Shown here: positions 36,422-45,550 of the stretch, piece by piece
How positions within the stretch are numbered: the first letter of the stretch is position 1
How the letters are laid out: each line of letters starts with the position of its first letter
Assembly (NCBI GenBank): GCA_020341735.1
Contig: CP070833.1
Span: 2,387,527 to 2,451,526 of the forward strand
From: Gammaproteobacteria bacterium
GTDB lineage: Bacteria; Pseudomonadota; Gammaproteobacteria; Steroidobacterales; XN24
Direction of reading: 5' to 3'
Length of the DNA stretch: 64,000 nt
Notes under the pieces: generated by a model
Told to the model about the DNA's origin: nothing
Database searches by the model: none
What the model saw: the letters and a program-made list of their open reading frames with translations, nothing else
Translations under genes and position numbers: made by a program

Positions 36422-37008
36422 TGACGACCCACCTTGACTGCTATACAGGCGGCGTCGTCATAGTCCTTGCCGAATAGCTCGACGATGTTGCGGGCGATCG
36501 AGGAAGGCGTATCGCTTATCAAGTGCCTGTAGTCCGCCAACTCGAAGCGATCCTTCACGCCGTCGGTATAAAACAGCAGCGTGTCGCCGCAATCCAGTTG
36601 CAGTGTCTGGGGTGTGCTGCGGCGGAGATGCGCTCCCACCGTGCCGTCTTTGGAGACCAGCCGGGTGGCGCGCCGCCAGACTCTCCTCGCAGCGGTGTTG
36701 CCGACACCGACGTATTCCATCTCGCCCTTGTCGGGGAGGATACGGGCCAGCCCGACCGCGGCACCCCGCCCACCCTTAAGCCGGGCGTGCAGCGTCTCGA
36801 TGATCGTCAGCAGATCTGTTTCCTCGGTGTCGTTGAGATACTCGGCAATTCCCTTGGCGACCACGTTGGCCTCCGCACCGTGGCCCAGAACATCGACGAT
36901 GGCCACCAGCAATGCCTCGCCTACGTCTCTGACAACCGCCAGATCACCCCCGGAAGGCTCGCCGAACATCGGCCTGACCCAGGTGCCGAACTGCAGATTC
37001 AAAGCCAC
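36418..37008 (-). CDS. PP2C/SpoIIE-family phosphatase, RsbX-like
   Basis: The proposed GTG at 37008 overlaps the rsbT stop and gives about 196 aa. SGGDLAVV...[10 protein letters not shown]...YVGVGN...LLFYTDGV...[10 protein letters not shown]. The start is uncertain; the track ORF extends to 37323. Confidence 0.75.
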   Translation of the reverse strand: MALNLQFGTWVRPMFGEPSGGDLAVVRDVGEALLVAIVDVLGHGAEANVVAKGIAEYLNDTEETDLLTIIETLHARLKGGRGAAVGLARILPDKGEMEYVGVGNTAARRVWRRATRLVSKDGTVGAHLRRSTPQTLQLDCGDTLLFYTDGVKDRFELADYRHLISDTPSSIARNIVELFGKDYDDAACIAVKVGRQ

Positions 37009-37400
37009 TTCCTGATCGTGACACGGGTGCCGGCGCCCGGTTCGGTCTTGATATCGAAATCGTCCATCAGTCGGCGCACGCCGGGGAGACCCAGCCCCAG
37101 TGTCCGTCCCGTGCTGTACCGATCCTCCATGGCCTTCTCTATGTCTGTAATTCCGGGCCCCTGGTCCTGGGCTCTGATCTCGATGCCGGCGCCCCTGGGG
37201 GCCGACACGCGAAGCAGGATGATCTCGCCCTGGCCGGCGTATTTGACGATGTTGCGCGCCAGCTCGGAAACGGCGGTGGCGACTCTGCAACTGGTACTGA
37301 CATCGAAACCGGCTTCCTGGCATTGCTGCCTGGCTCGCATTATGGCTACGGCCACATCACTCTCCTGGCCAATCCGAATGTGTCTTGGTCTGTCAGACAC
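36999..37400 (-). CDS. rsbT: RsbT-like serine kinase (GHKL anti-sigma-type kinase)
   Basis: GGAGGG then GTG at 37400, overlapping the rsbS stop. IRIGQESDVAVAIMRARQQCQEAGF...ELARNIVKYAGQGEIIL...DQGPGI...GLGLPGVRRLMDDFDI. Confidence 0.8.
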   Translation of the reverse strand: MSDRPRHIRIGQESDVAVAIMRARQQCQEAGFDVSTSCRVATAVSELARNIVKYAGQGEIILLRVSAPRGAGIEIRAQDQGPGITDIEKAMEDRYSTGRTLGLGLPGVRRLMDDFDIKTEPGAGTRVTIRKWL

Positions 37401-37884
37401 TCTTCTGACCCTCCGGCTCGTCAACTTGCTGCGGACTCCCTGCGTCGTCCGGTCCGGCGATGGTGTCCGCCTCTTCCGCGACGTCGAACTCGGGCGCAAA
37501 CTCCTTTTGTTCGTTATCCGGGGTACTGTCCCGCAGACGCCTGACCGCCTGCTCCACGCCGATCGCAGTCTCCAGACCCTCGACATCGGCATCCATCTCC
37601 ACCAACGCCGCCACGATACCGGGCTGCAGGCCGACGAGGATCGGTCGACCGCCCATGAGGGCGGCCATGTTCAGGACACGGCGCAGCTGAGTGAACTCCT
37701 GGACATCCATGAACGGCACTGCACTCACGTCGATTATGATGCCCCTCGGCCGCGTGCGCTGGACGGCTTCGAGCAGATGCTCTCTGAAGTTAGCCAGCAC
37801 AGACTCAGTGAGTTCCACCTGCACCGATCCGACGAGGTGACCCTCGAACTCGTTGACGTAGACGCTTGCCGCTGTCTCGGTCAT
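37393..37884 (-). CDS. rsbS: RsbS-like STAS-domain protein with an acidic C-terminal extension
   Basis: STAS pattern: LVGSVQVELTESVL...GIIIDVSAVPFMDVQEF..LRRVLNMAALMGGRPILVGLQPGIVAALVEMD. About 45 extra acidic residues at the C-terminus. Confidence 0.8.
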   Translation of the reverse strand: MTETAASVYVNEFEGHLVGSVQVELTESVLANFREHLLEAVQRTRPRGIIIDVSAVPFMDVQEFTQLRRVLNMAALMGGRPILVGLQPGIVAALVEMDADVEGLETAIGVEQAVRRLRDSTPDNEQKEFAPEFDVAEEADTIAGPDDAGSPQQVDEPEGQKSV

Positions 37885-37896
37885 TTACTTCATCTG

Positions 37897-38808
37897 TTAC
37901 TGGCTGGACAGGACGATACCCGTCTGCCTGAATGCCTGGGTCAGAGCATCCTGAAGAGTGGCGGTCGTCTTGACGTTGCCGACGTCGATACCCAGTTCCA
38001 CGATGGTCTGGGCGATAGCGGGCGACACTCCGGAGATGATGCATTCACAACCCATCAGGCTGGTGGCCTTGGTGATCTTGATCAGGTGGTTGGCGACGGC
38101 TGTATCCACGACGGCGACTCCGCTGATGTCCAGGATGATCACCGTAGAACGAGTCTCCGCGATCCGGGACAACATGGCCGTCATCACGTCCTGAGCACGG
38201 CGGGAATCGATGATCCCCACCACCGGCAGCATAAGGATGTCGTTCCACAATGCTGTCACCGGCGTCGACATTTCCATCATCGCCCGGCTCTGCTCGCTCA
38301 GCTGTCGGTTTATCAGTGCGGAAAATGTTTCCACCGCCAGAGATGTATCCAGGTGAACGAGCTTGGACACCGAGCTGACTGTCGCGCCATGCTGGGGGCC
38401 GCCCTGGCTCCCGTCGTAATAAGTGTCGTTGATCATCACCAGGAAGTGATTGACCGCGGCGAAGTAGCTCTGCAGAGACAGTCCGATGCGCGCATGAGCC
38501 TCGCCGACCGATCGTCGGCTGCGGATATATTCATCGTCCACCTCTGCCTCGAAAAAATGCCGCCAGAAGATATGCTGGAGCTTGCGGACCGACGCCTCCT
38601 TGTCGGGGTCCGAGAAAAACCGGGCGTACTCGGGCTGCTGTCTCAGCCAGATGTAGAATTCTTCTATCATCTCGCCCAGCTTGGGCGCCATGATCTTGCC
38701 GTACTCCCTGATCCGTTGCAGATCACCCTCATCAATCCGGTAGAGCGTCATGAGTTCATCGGCACCCAGGCCGCTACACATATTGGTGCGATTTGTGGCC
38801 GAATCCAT
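37897..38808 (-). CDS. rsbR: RsbR-like stressosome sensor: N-terminal sensor globin (protoglobin-like) plus C-terminal STAS
   Basis: SD GGAGAG then ATG 38808. The globin-coupled-sensor pattern includes a proximal-His context VGEAHARIGLSLQSYF. C-terminal STAS: LPVVGIIDSRRAQDVM...VIILDISGVAVVDTAVANHL...LMGCECIISGVSPAIAQTIV. Confidence 0.8.
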   Translation of the reverse strand: MDSATNRTNMCSGLGADELMTLYRIDEGDLQRIREYGKIMAPKLGEMIEEFYIWLRQQPEYARFFSDPDKEASVRKLQHIFWRHFFEAEVDDEYIRSRRSVGEAHARIGLSLQSYFAAVNHFLVMINDTYYDGSQGGPQHGATVSSVSKLVHLDTSLAVETFSALINRQLSEQSRAMMEMSTPVTALWNDILMLPVVGIIDSRRAQDVMTAMLSRIAETRSTVIILDISGVAVVDTAVANHLIKITKATSLMGCECIISGVSPAIAQTIVELGIDVGNVKTTATLQDALTQAFRQTGIVLSSQ

Positions 38809-39052
38809 TAATGTCTCTCCGCCGTCTGGTTCTCGGGCTCGCCAGTCTCGCAAAAAACCGGTCGGGTTGCAGCACAATCATGATGGCGGACCAGAGGGAC
38901 GTGGCGCGGACAACACGGTTCCTCTGGCAATCAATCCGGGTGGCCGCCAGCGTATTCCCCGGATGGCGGGCGTCGCCGCGACTCTACACCCGGACGACCC
39001 GCCTAGCTTGGCACGTGGCCGACAACGGCGCCGAAAATTCAGGAGCAATGAC

Positions 39053-39574
39053 ATGCTCAGACCGCATACGAACACTTATTGGCTCGAGCCCAGCAGAATC
39101 CTCGCAGGGGAGTATCCGGGGGACGAGGATGCCAAATTTTGCTTGCGGAGACTTGAAACCTACCTTGAATGCGGTATCACCGATTTCATTGATCTGACAA
39201 CTCCCGGGGAGCTTCCGGCTTACGACCAACTGCTCGCCCGCCTGGGCGAAACATCGCGGATGGAGCCCGGATACGAGAGATTTCCGATCGTCGATCGCAG
39301 CGTGCCTGAGTCCCGAGCGCAGATGCTGGAGATACTCGACGAAATCGACCGCCGCGTTGCTGCGGGGGGTACCGTCTATGTGCACTGCTGGGGCGGAGTC
39401 GGAAGAACAGGTACCGTCCTGGGCTGTTATCTGGTCCGACAGGGTCTGACCGGGGATGCCGCCCTGGCAGAACTGGCCAGGCTTTGGTCACAGATGGAGA
39501 AATCCTCCTGGCATCCCACGACTCCGGAAACCCCTGAGCAATTCGCCTTCGTCCGGGGCTGGCGTGAACGATGA
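39053..39574 (+). CDS. Cys-based dual-specificity/tyrosine-phosphatase-like protein
   Basis: SD AGGAGC then ATG 39053. Intact P-loop VHCWGGVGRTG (HCx5R). Candidate general acid in PIVDRSVP. Divergent from rsbR. Confidence 0.75.
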   Translation: MLRPHTNTYWLEPSRILAGEYPGDEDAKFCLRRLETYLECGITDFIDLTTPGELPAYDQLLARLGETSRMEPGYERFPIVDRSVPESRAQMLEILDEIDRRVAAGGTVYVHCWGGVGRTGTVLGCYLVRQGLTGDAALAELARLWSQMEKSSWHPTTPETPEQFAFVRGWRER

Positions 39575-39781
39575 TAGCCGGCTGTTTATCCGCCGACCCT
39601 GCCCTTTCCATACCAGATGACGCTGCCGCCGCTTGCCCGCAGTTCCCGATAGCGGCGGCGTCCCGGCTGAGCTATACATTTAGTAACAGTGGACGGCGAA
39701 AGACCCCGATCCGGGGTCGAGCAGCGTCAGTCATTTTGCTCCCGGGTCGGTGGGTCCGCCACCCGTACGGGAGTTTTTGCA

Positions 39782-40468
39782 ATGAAATTCGTCGATTTCC
39801 GCCATTCGCCTGACCGCCCATCGCCGAATCTCCCGCCCGTTGGCCATCTGATCCTCTGGGCTGCATTCATTCTCTTCCTGATCATGCTGGCGCTGGGGCC
39901 CAACAAGGCGATGGGCGCTGGCGAAGAGCTCGATGCGGGCACCTTCAGCATCGACTGCCCACAGGGGAGTGACTGGGAGATTTTTCGTGAGCCGGACCGC
40001 ATCTTCCTCAAACGCCATCGATTTGCCGGCCAGGAACGGATCGGAACTACCGCGCTACTGGTGATGCGCACCCGCCCGGTACCCGAAAAATGCGGACTTT
40101 CAGCCGAACAGACCGCACAAAACTACTGCGATGACGAGGAGTTTGAGCTGTGGCTGAACGGACAGATCACCGGACTCTTCGGAATATCGGACGTCGCCCG
40201 CGACGAGATCGAGATGGAAGGCAAAAGCCTTTACGCGATGCGCTATCTGCAGGAGTTCGCGCAGGAGTATGGAGGCGCCAGCACGGAGAATCATCTCTAT
40301 ATCTATTTCCCGCCCGGCTTCGAGTCAGACAGCTATTTCTTCGTCTTCCTGCAGACGGAAGCCTGCCTGAGGCACCACTGCCCCGAGGCTCACGACGTCA
40401 TGGATGAAACCCCGGTAAGGACTGCCGTGCGTTCATTGAGGATCGCCTCCGCGGCCGGCCGACCCTGA
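39782..40468 (+). CDS. Membrane-anchored hypothetical protein
   Basis: Start chosen at an internal ATG (MKFVDF...). One TM segment (HLILWAAFILFLIMLALG). No family recognised. Confidence 0.5.
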   Translation: MKFVDFRHSPDRPSPNLPPVGHLILWAAFILFLIMLALGPNKAMGAGEELDAGTFSIDCPQGSDWEIFREPDRIFLKRHRFAGQERIGTTALLVMRTRPVPEKCGLSAEQTAQNYCDDEEFELWLNGQITGLFGISDVARDEIEMEGKSLYAMRYLQEFAQEYGGASTENHLYIYFPPGFESDSYFFVFLQTEACLRHHCPEAHDVMDETPVRTAVRSLRIASAAGRP

Positions 40469-40587
40469 TTTTCGGATCTCCGGATCAGCCGGCATGGGGA
40501 CATGCACGTCGGCCCCGCCTGACAATTCGATGGCATAAGCGGCGTGGGTGGGCTTTATTTAGGGGAGTATGCGACTGGATTAGAGCG

Positions 40588-43332
40588 TTGAACCTAGACC
40601 GGCGATCAACAGCGACCGGAATCGGCTTCGGAGAGGAAGCGGGACAAGATGTACCGTCCGGCAGGTGGCATGCGGTCGGCATCGATGAGGTTCTTCGCGA
40701 CGTGGATGGGAATCGCGGCGGCCTGACCGAGGAAGCTGCGGAAGCAAGACTGCGCGACATCGGTCCCAACCAGCTACCGCGGGCACCAGCCCCGACCTTG
40801 GCGGAAATTTTCCTGCGTCAGTTTCGCAGCCCTCTTATCTACGTGCTCGCGGCTGCGGCCATGGTCTCCTTGTCGCTGGGCGAGATCAAGGATGCCGCCT
40901 TTATATTTGGCGTGTTACTCATCAACGCGATTATTGGCACGGTTCAGGAGAATCGTGCGGAACACGCGAGTCGAGCGCTGCAGCAATTATTGAAAATACG
41001 GGCGACCGTGCGGCGCGATGCCCAGGTCAAGGAGATTGATGCCGAACTGCTCGTGCCGGGGGATGTCGTCTATCTCGAATCCGGGAACCGGGTACCCGCA
41101 GATTCACGCATCATCAGTGCCCACGGCCTTGAGGCGGACGAATCCCTCCTGACTGGCGAATCGGTGCCAGTCCTGAAACAACCCGACTGGATCGGAGATG
41201 CGGACACGCCACTCGCGGACCGACACAACATGGTCCACGCGGGCTCCATTATCTCTCGCGGGCGATGCCAGGCCGTTGTCGTCGGGACAGGGATCCGCAG
41301 CGCTATCGGGCGTCTGGCGCTCGACGTGCTCGCGCCGGATTCCGGCAAGCCGCCGCTGGTCTACCGGATGGAGCAGTTCACACGCTGGATCGCGATCGCT
41401 GTCCTGACGGCCGCCGCCATTGTTGCCGTGCTGGGCACGGTCCTCGGTGGATATTCCGTCACCGAGATGTTCATGTTCGGCGTCGCGCTCGCCGTGTCGG
41501 CCATTCCGGAAGGCCTGCCCGTCGCACTCACGGTCGCGCTGGCGATCGGCACGACCCGGATGGCTCGCCGCGGGGTCATCGTGCGTCACCTGACCGCCGT
41601 GGAAGGTCTGGGCAGCTGCACACTGATCGCCAGCGACAAGACGGGGACGCTGACCTGCAACGAACTGACGGTTCGGCAGGTCCGGCTACCCGGGGATGAT
41701 TGCTTCGACGTCACCGGGCAGGGCTTCATCCCTGAGGGTCATTTCCTGAGTGGCGGCATGCCCATCGAGCCGGATGAGGGTGTCGCACTCGCAGACCTCG
41801 CCCGCGCCGTCGTGCTGTGCAACGAGGCGGATCTCCATCACATAGACGGCGGCTGGACATGGCGCGGCGACCCGACCGATGTCGCGCTTCTCACGATGGC
41901 ATACAAACTTGGCTGGAGGCGGGAGACTTCGCTCGAACATCACCCCCAGGTCAACGAGATCCCATTTGAGGCCGAACGCCAGTTCGCTGCGACATTCCAT
42001 CGCGTGGATGGGCGAGTACGGGCGATGGTCAAAGGCGCGCCGGAGCGGGTCCTCGAAATGTGCGATGACGATCCGGAAACACTCGACCGGCTTCTTGAGG
42101 TGGCGCAGGAGATGGCACGTGAAGGTTACCGGATCCTCGCCGTTGCGGACGGTATCGTTGACGGAGTCGACGATACCCATGCGCCGCCCGCTCCTGACGA
42201 TCTGCGCCCGCTGGGACTCGTCGGGATGATCGATCCCCTGCGACAGGGCGTGGGTGAAGCCGTCGCGCAGGCACGCCGGGCCGGTGTCGAAACCATCATG
42301 GTGACAGGGGACCATCCCGTCACGGCACTGGCGATCTCGAAGGATCTGGGCCTGACCGATGACGCCACCACGGTTGTGACCGGTACCGAGCTCACCGACG
42401 CGGGCGATGAGGGACTTGTGGACGTCGTCAGCAAGGGGCGTGTTTTCGCCAGAGTCGCGCCTCACCAGAAGCTGGAGATCGTCAATGCCGCCCGCGAGGC
42501 AGGTCACTTCGTCGCCGTCACCGGTGACGGCGCCAATGACGCTCCCGCGCTGAAAGCGGCAAACATTGGCGTGGCCATGGGCAAGAGCGGTACCGACGTG
42601 GCAAGGGAGGCCGCAGAACTTGTCTTGAGCGACGATCATTTCGCCACGATAACTGCCGGGATCGAGGAAGGCCGGATCGCCTACGACAACATTCGCAACG
42701 TCATTTATCTTCTTGTCTCGACCGGTTTTGCTGAAGTAGTGCTCGTGGCACTCGCGATCTCGAACGGGATGCCGCTACCGCTGCTGCCGGTCCAGCTGCT
42801 GTGGCTCAATCTGGTCACCAACGGAATCCAGGATGTTGCACTGGCCTTCGAGCCGGGCCATCAGAATGTGCTAAAACGTGGGCCGCGACCGCCGGGAGAG
42901 TCGATCTTCAACAGGCTGATGATCGAGCGCACCGTCATCGGAGCGCTGCTGATGGGTGTCGTGGGCTTCGCCCTGTTCTCTTGGGCGATCAACTCGGGTT
43001 GGAGCGAGTCAGCCGCCCGCAATGGACTGCTGCTTCTGATGGTCTTGTTCGAGAACGTCCATCTCTTCAATTGTAGATCCGAAACGCGATCTGCATTCGC
43101 TCTCTCACCTCTCAAGAGCCCGGTGCTCCTCATCGGCATGATCGTTGCCTTCTCTATCCACGTGTCCATGCTGTATCTGCCGTGGGGCAACCTGCTGTTG
43201 TCGACGGAACCGGTCAGCCTTGACCAGTGGTTGATGTTGGCGGCACTCAGCCTGTCTATCCTGTTTGTGATGGAACTGCACAAGCTTTCATGGGCATTGC
43301 GTCATGGAGCGTTCAGGCGACAAGCCGAATAG
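40588..43332 (+). CDS. Cation-transporting P-type ATPase (type II-like, HAD-IC)
   Basis: 914 aa. TGES, DKTGTLT, MVTGD, VAVTGDGANDAPALK motifs. The TTG start is the only in-frame candidate upstream of the conserved WHAVGIDEVL N-terminus. Confidence 0.88.
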   Translation: MNLDRRSTATGIGFGEEAGQDVPSGRWHAVGIDEVLRDVDGNRGGLTEEAAEARLRDIGPNQLPRAPAPTLAEIFLRQFRSPLIYVLAAAAMVSLSLGEIKDAAFIFGVLLINAIIGTVQENRAEHASRALQQLLKIRATVRRDAQVKEIDAELLVPGDVVYLESGNRVPADSRIISAHGLEADESLLTGESVPVLKQPDWIGDADTPLADRHNMVHAGSIISRGRCQAVVVGTGIRSAIGRLALDVLAPDSGKPPLVYRMEQFTRWIAIAVLTAAAIVAVLGTVLGGYSVTEMFMFGVALAVSAIPEGLPVALTVALAIGTTRMARRGVIVRHLTAVEGLGSCTLIASDKTGTLTCNELTVRQVRLPGDDCFDVTGQGFIPEGHFLSGGMPIEPDEGVALADLARAVVLCNEADLHHIDGGWTWRGDPTDVALLTMAYKLGWRRETSLEHHPQVNEIPFEAERQFAATFHRVDGRVRAMVKGAPERVLEMCDDDPETLDRLLEVAQEMAREGYRILAVADGIVDGVDDTHAPPAPDDLRPLGLVGMIDPLRQGVGEAVAQARRAGVETIMVTGDHPVTALAISKDLGLTDDATTVVTGTELTDAGDEGLVDVVSKGRVFARVAPHQKLEIVNAAREAGHFVAVTGDGANDAPALKAANIGVAMGKSGTDVAREAAELVLSDDHFATITAGIEEGRIAYDNIRNVIYLLVSTGFAEVVLVALAISNGMPLPLLPVQLLWLNLVTNGIQDVALAFEPGHQNVLKRGPRPPGESIFNRLMIERTVIGALLMGVVGFALFSWAINSGWSESAARNGLLLLMVLFENVHLFNCRSETRSAFALSPLKSPVLLIGMIVAFSIHVSMLYLPWGNLLLSTEPVSLDQWLMLAALSLSILFVMELHKLSWALRHGAFRRQAE

Positions 43333-43370
43333 CGGCTGACTGTCGCTGTGGCTGTCGGTTCCTCGCCCTG

Positions 43371-43970
43371 TCAGGGTTGGCGAGATCTGCGCCGACGCAG
43401 CACTTCGCGCAGGCCACCGCGAAGATTTGGCGACCAATCCGGGATCAGCAGGACCATCGCGACCTCCTCGAGCACAGCAGCCACGCTCAAGGATACGGAG
43501 AGATAGAACAGCCAGACGTAGAATCCCCACAGGAATAAGACGACCACAAATATTGCGAACACCAGTACGGCCAATCGTACGAGTCCGGTATGGAAACTCG
43601 CCAGGCGGCGGTAGCGAAACAGCGCCAGTAAGTGCTGGAAACCCCACAAGCCAAGGACTAGCCAGATCAGTAGACCATGATCAGCATAGACCTGAAAATG
43701 AAACACCCACACGCCGTATGCCGCAGTCAACATCAATGCGGCATCCGCGACCGAGTCCAGCAATGATCCCAGCCGTGACGTCCAATCGAAGGCCCGGGCG
43801 AGGATCCCATCAAGCCCGTCGCTGGCCAGTGCGATGATCAGCAGCCAGGCGAACAAGCGCTCTTTCTGCGACCAGGCCAGCCAGACGAGTAGTGGCGTCG
43901 AGAGCAGACGCGCAACGGAGATCGCGTTGGGCAAGTGTCGCAGTACAGATCTGGAGCGATTAATTTCCAC
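43371..43970 (-). CDS. CDP-alcohol phosphatidyltransferase family protein
   Basis: PNAISVARLL...ALASDGLDGILARAF...GSLLDSVADAALM contains the D-x2-DG-x2-AR...G-x3-D-x3-D motif. Polytopic. Confidence 0.82.
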   Translation of the reverse strand: MEINRSRSVLRHLPNAISVARLLSTPLLVWLAWSQKERLFAWLLIIALASDGLDGILARAFDWTSRLGSLLDSVADAALMLTAAYGVWVFHFQVYADHGLLIWLVLGLWGFQHLLALFRYRRLASFHTGLVRLAVLVFAIFVVVLFLWGFYVWLFYLSVSLSVAAVLEEVAMVLLIPDWSPNLRGGLREVLRRRRSRQP

Positions 43971-44076
43971 TATCTTTCATGCTCCGAACCTGGGAGCGTC
44001 CCTAGACTCCGCATAATCACAAGGCAACGAAAATCCACGTGGGCTAGTCGCAGATTTATCATGGTCTAGAGTAAGT

Positions 44077-45102
44077 ATGGCATCCACTCCGGTCGGGCGG
44101 CGTCTCCGACAGGGAATTCTTGGCATCGAGGTAATCAACAGGATGAACGAGCGCGAATCACTGCGCGGAAAGACATTCCGGGCATTGGAGGTTGGTCTCG
44201 CCGGCCGCGGACCCATTCGTTTGATACATGTGTTCGTTATTCTTCTCATCCTCGCCAACGTTGCCGCGGTGGTCCTGGCATCCTACCCGCCTTACGCAGA
44301 GCGATTCGGACAGGCTTTCTGGACTTTCGAACTGGTCTCCGTGGCTATATTCTCAGTCGAATATGCGCTACGGCTATGGTGCATCGTCGAAGCCCCCAGG
44401 TATCGCAGCATCACACCATTGCGGGCCCGTCTACGGTACATGGTGTCGCCGGTCGCTCTCGTCGATCTGTTGGCAATCCTGCCCTTTTATCTGAGCTTCC
44501 TGTTTAAGGTCGATCTTCGGTTCCTGCGGGTACTGAGGCTGCTGCGACTGCTCAAGCTGGGCCACTACTTCCCTGGCCTCGACGTGTTCTTGTATGTGCT
44601 GCGCGTGCAGTTGCCGGCGCTGGCGGCGGCATCTCTTGTGATGGTCGTCCTGATCCTGTTCTCCGCCTGCCTGATGTTCATGCTGGAGAGTACCGCGCAA
44701 CCCGACGCGTTCGGCACGGTCGGCGCGGCGATATGGTGGGCGGTGGTGACATTGACCACGGTCGGATACGGCGACGTTACCCCGATAACGACGCTCGGAA
44801 AGATGCTGGGTACAGTCATCATGCTCCTCGGCGTTGGCACCGTCGCCCTTCCGGCAGCCATGCTGGCGGGCCGGTTCTCCGAAGAGATTCAGGCGCGCCG
44901 CGGCCAGCTCGAGACGCTGATTGCCCGTTACATAGGCGACGGGCGACTGGATCCACAAGAGCAAGAGGATATTCGCAAGCTCGGCAGAGACCTGGGCATG
45001 CCGGACGACGTGGTGGATCAGATCGTCGCCGGTCAACGTGCCAGGATTGGCAGGACGATTAGCTGTCCTCACTGTGGGCAGGATTTCGCACCGCCGACCT
45101 GA
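44077..45102 (+). CDS. Voltage-gated potassium channel (6TM, Kv-like)
   Basis: S4 with Arg at every third position (RFLRVLRLLRLLKLGH). Selectivity filter TLTTVGYGDV. Soluble C-terminal tail. The start is uncertain (44077 or 44143). Confidence 0.85.
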   Translation: MASTPVGRRLRQGILGIEVINRMNERESLRGKTFRALEVGLAGRGPIRLIHVFVILLILANVAAVVLASYPPYAERFGQAFWTFELVSVAIFSVEYALRLWCIVEAPRYRSITPLRARLRYMVSPVALVDLLAILPFYLSFLFKVDLRFLRVLRLLRLLKLGHYFPGLDVFLYVLRVQLPALAAASLVMVVLILFSACLMFMLESTAQPDAFGTVGAAIWWAVVTLTTVGYGDVTPITTLGKMLGTVIMLLGVGTVALPAAMLAGRFSEEIQARRGQLETLIARYIGDGRLDPQEQEDIRKLGRDLGMPDDVVDQIVAGQRARIGRTISCPHCGQDFAPPT

Positions 45103-45270
45103 ATGCCTGCCGCTCCCCTTGTCCGGCACATTCGTCCTTGCGCATCATCGGCCGGTCATGGTTCTCAGGTGGGGTGTTTACCCCATGTGAAGCGCCGACA
45201 TCTCCTTTTATATTAGTTGCACGTAATGGATGTCGAAGGGCGTCCTGGAACCGGCAAGGAGGTGGCGACC

Positions 45271-45468
45271 ATGAAGCGGTTCTCGATTCTGATCGCGTGT
45301 TTCCTGTTGATTGGCGCCACTGCCATCGACCCGATGCCACAGCACGCCCGGTCGACCTTCAGCCCGATCCCAGCCAGCCTTCCGGATATCGAGTATTCGG
45401 TTCTACCGGCATCAACGGAGGAAACGCCAAGGCCGCGACTCGATTACAGCGGCGAGGCCAATCAATGA
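45271..45468 (+). CDS. Small secreted hypothetical protein (65 aa)
   Basis: Strong SD AAGGAGG then ATG 45271. Signal peptide MKRFSILIACFLLIGATA. Confidence 0.45.
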   Translation: MKRFSILIACFLLIGATAIDPMPQHARSTFSPIPASLPDIEYSVLPASTEETPRPRLDYSGEANQ

Positions 45469-45550
45469 TTCAGCCCTCGTCCGAATCAGACGGCGGTATC
45501 GCCACACTCGGTCATCTCCCCTTCCGAGCAGTCCAGCCGTCATTTCGGAC

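Noticed and set aside
36523-38811. 762-aa plus-strand ORF spanning the stressosome region. Similar long antisense ORFs occur at 11392-12864, 53937-55310, 35093-36250, 16193-17179, 41686-42639, 48463-49371, 20608-21594, 438-1343 and 1586-2506.
   Set aside because: Each lies antisense to a gene with clear family motifs. Their translations are Arg/Gly/Asp/His-rich and low in complexity, with no recognisable domains. Long stop-free antisense frames are expected in GC-rich DNA.
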